DNA from: an uncultured Clostridia bacterium
GTDB lineage: Bacteria; Bacillota; Clostridia; Christensenellales; Borkfalkiaceae
Length of the DNA stretch: 64,000 nucleotides
NCBI GenBank assembly: GCA_947595585.1
Contig: CANQET010000008.1
Location: forward strand, 23,433 to 87,432
Direction: 5' to 3'
Positions 63,646-64,000 of the stretch are shown in pieces. The notes beneath the pieces were generated by a model. The model was not told where the DNA came from. It saw nothing but the letters and a program-made list of their open reading frames with translations, and did not search any database. Each line of letters opens with the position of its first letter. Within the stretch, counting starts at the first letter, position 1. Position numbers and translations under genes: made by a program.

Positions 63646-63752
63646 GCAATCATTGAAGTTTATTTTTATTAAACTTTTGGTTTAATTTTGCGAAAGTCTC
63701 GCAAAACATGACCAAAAGTTTAGAAATACCAAACTTCGGCAGCGGAGATAAT

Positions 63753-64000
63753 ATGGAGCTTGGCGCAAAACTGAGAGATATGCGGCAGAGCAAGAACCTC
63801 ACACAGGAGGAGCTTGCAGATCGCTGCGAACTGACGAAAGGGTATATTTCCCAACTTGAAAACGACCTCACGAGCCCCTCGATCGCCACGCTGTGCGACC
63901 TGCTTAACGCCCTCGGGAGCAACCTCTCGGATTTCTTCCACGAGGAGAGCGAGGAGAAGATCGTCTTCGGCGAGGAGGAGTACATCGAGAAGCAATCCGA
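63753..64000 (+). CDS. XRE-family HTH transcriptional regulator, N-terminal part (3' end outside window)
   Basis: own translation: MELGAKLRDMRQSKNLTQEELADRCELTKGYISQLEND...; GGAG SD 5 nt upstream; ORF open to window end. Confidence 0.8.
   Translation, partial: MELGAKLRDMRQSKNLTQEELADRCELTKGYISQLENDLTSPSIATLCDLLNALGSNLSDFFHEESEEKIVFGEEEYIEKQS

Overview
High-GC (hand counts about 57-60% G+C) Firmicutes/Clostridia-type chromosomal segment, almost entirely housekeeping. In order: lysA 3' end, an M50 protease, scpA-scpB, ytfI/ytfJ-like sporulation genes, a D-Ala-D-Ala carboxypeptidase, rluB, and lexA with a Cheo-type SOS box. Then hflX plus a Xer-family recombinase, a complete glgB-C-D-A-P + GH13 glycogen operon, murC, spoVG, a D-2-hydroxyacid dehydrogenase, a cold-shock protein and htpG. 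Then an ispH-S1 fusion, plsC, an aroH-cmk fusion, a Na+-decarboxylase/transcarboxylase-like operon, a GNAT-RNase HI fusion, tRNA-Trp, and a small ORF coupled to dinB. Then purB, ppiB, dCMP deaminase, groESL, a LicD/cytidylyltransferase/SDR glycopolymer module, and a dcw cluster (mraZ-rsmH-ftsL-pbp-murE-mraY-murD-ftsW-murA-ftsQ-ftsA-ftsZ), murI, rpsT and the start of an XRE regulator. The long ORFs antisense to these genes are high-GC shadow ORFs. No CRISPR array, transposase or rRNA was seen. The best candidate for something undescribed is a ~1.8-kb AT-rich islet (about 21486-23319) between spoVG and the dehydrogenase gene. It holds four orphan ORFs in two divergent units behind near-consensus promoters: a 251-aa protein with a possible RHH-like N-terminus and WYL-like C-terminal half plus a coupled 43-aa Lys-rich micro-ORF, facing an overlapping basic 113-aa / acidic 91-aa pair that resembles a toxin-immunity cassette. 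Secondary observations:
- a conserved palindromic ~35-nt element present three times
- operator-like repeat boxes upstream of the Xer gene
- promoters abutting start codons, suggesting leaderless mRNAs
- a Cys-rich mini-protein divergent from lexA
- unusual gene fusions
- a candidate small RNA after rpsT
All functional calls rest on motif recognition by eye and on synteny; no database search was possible.
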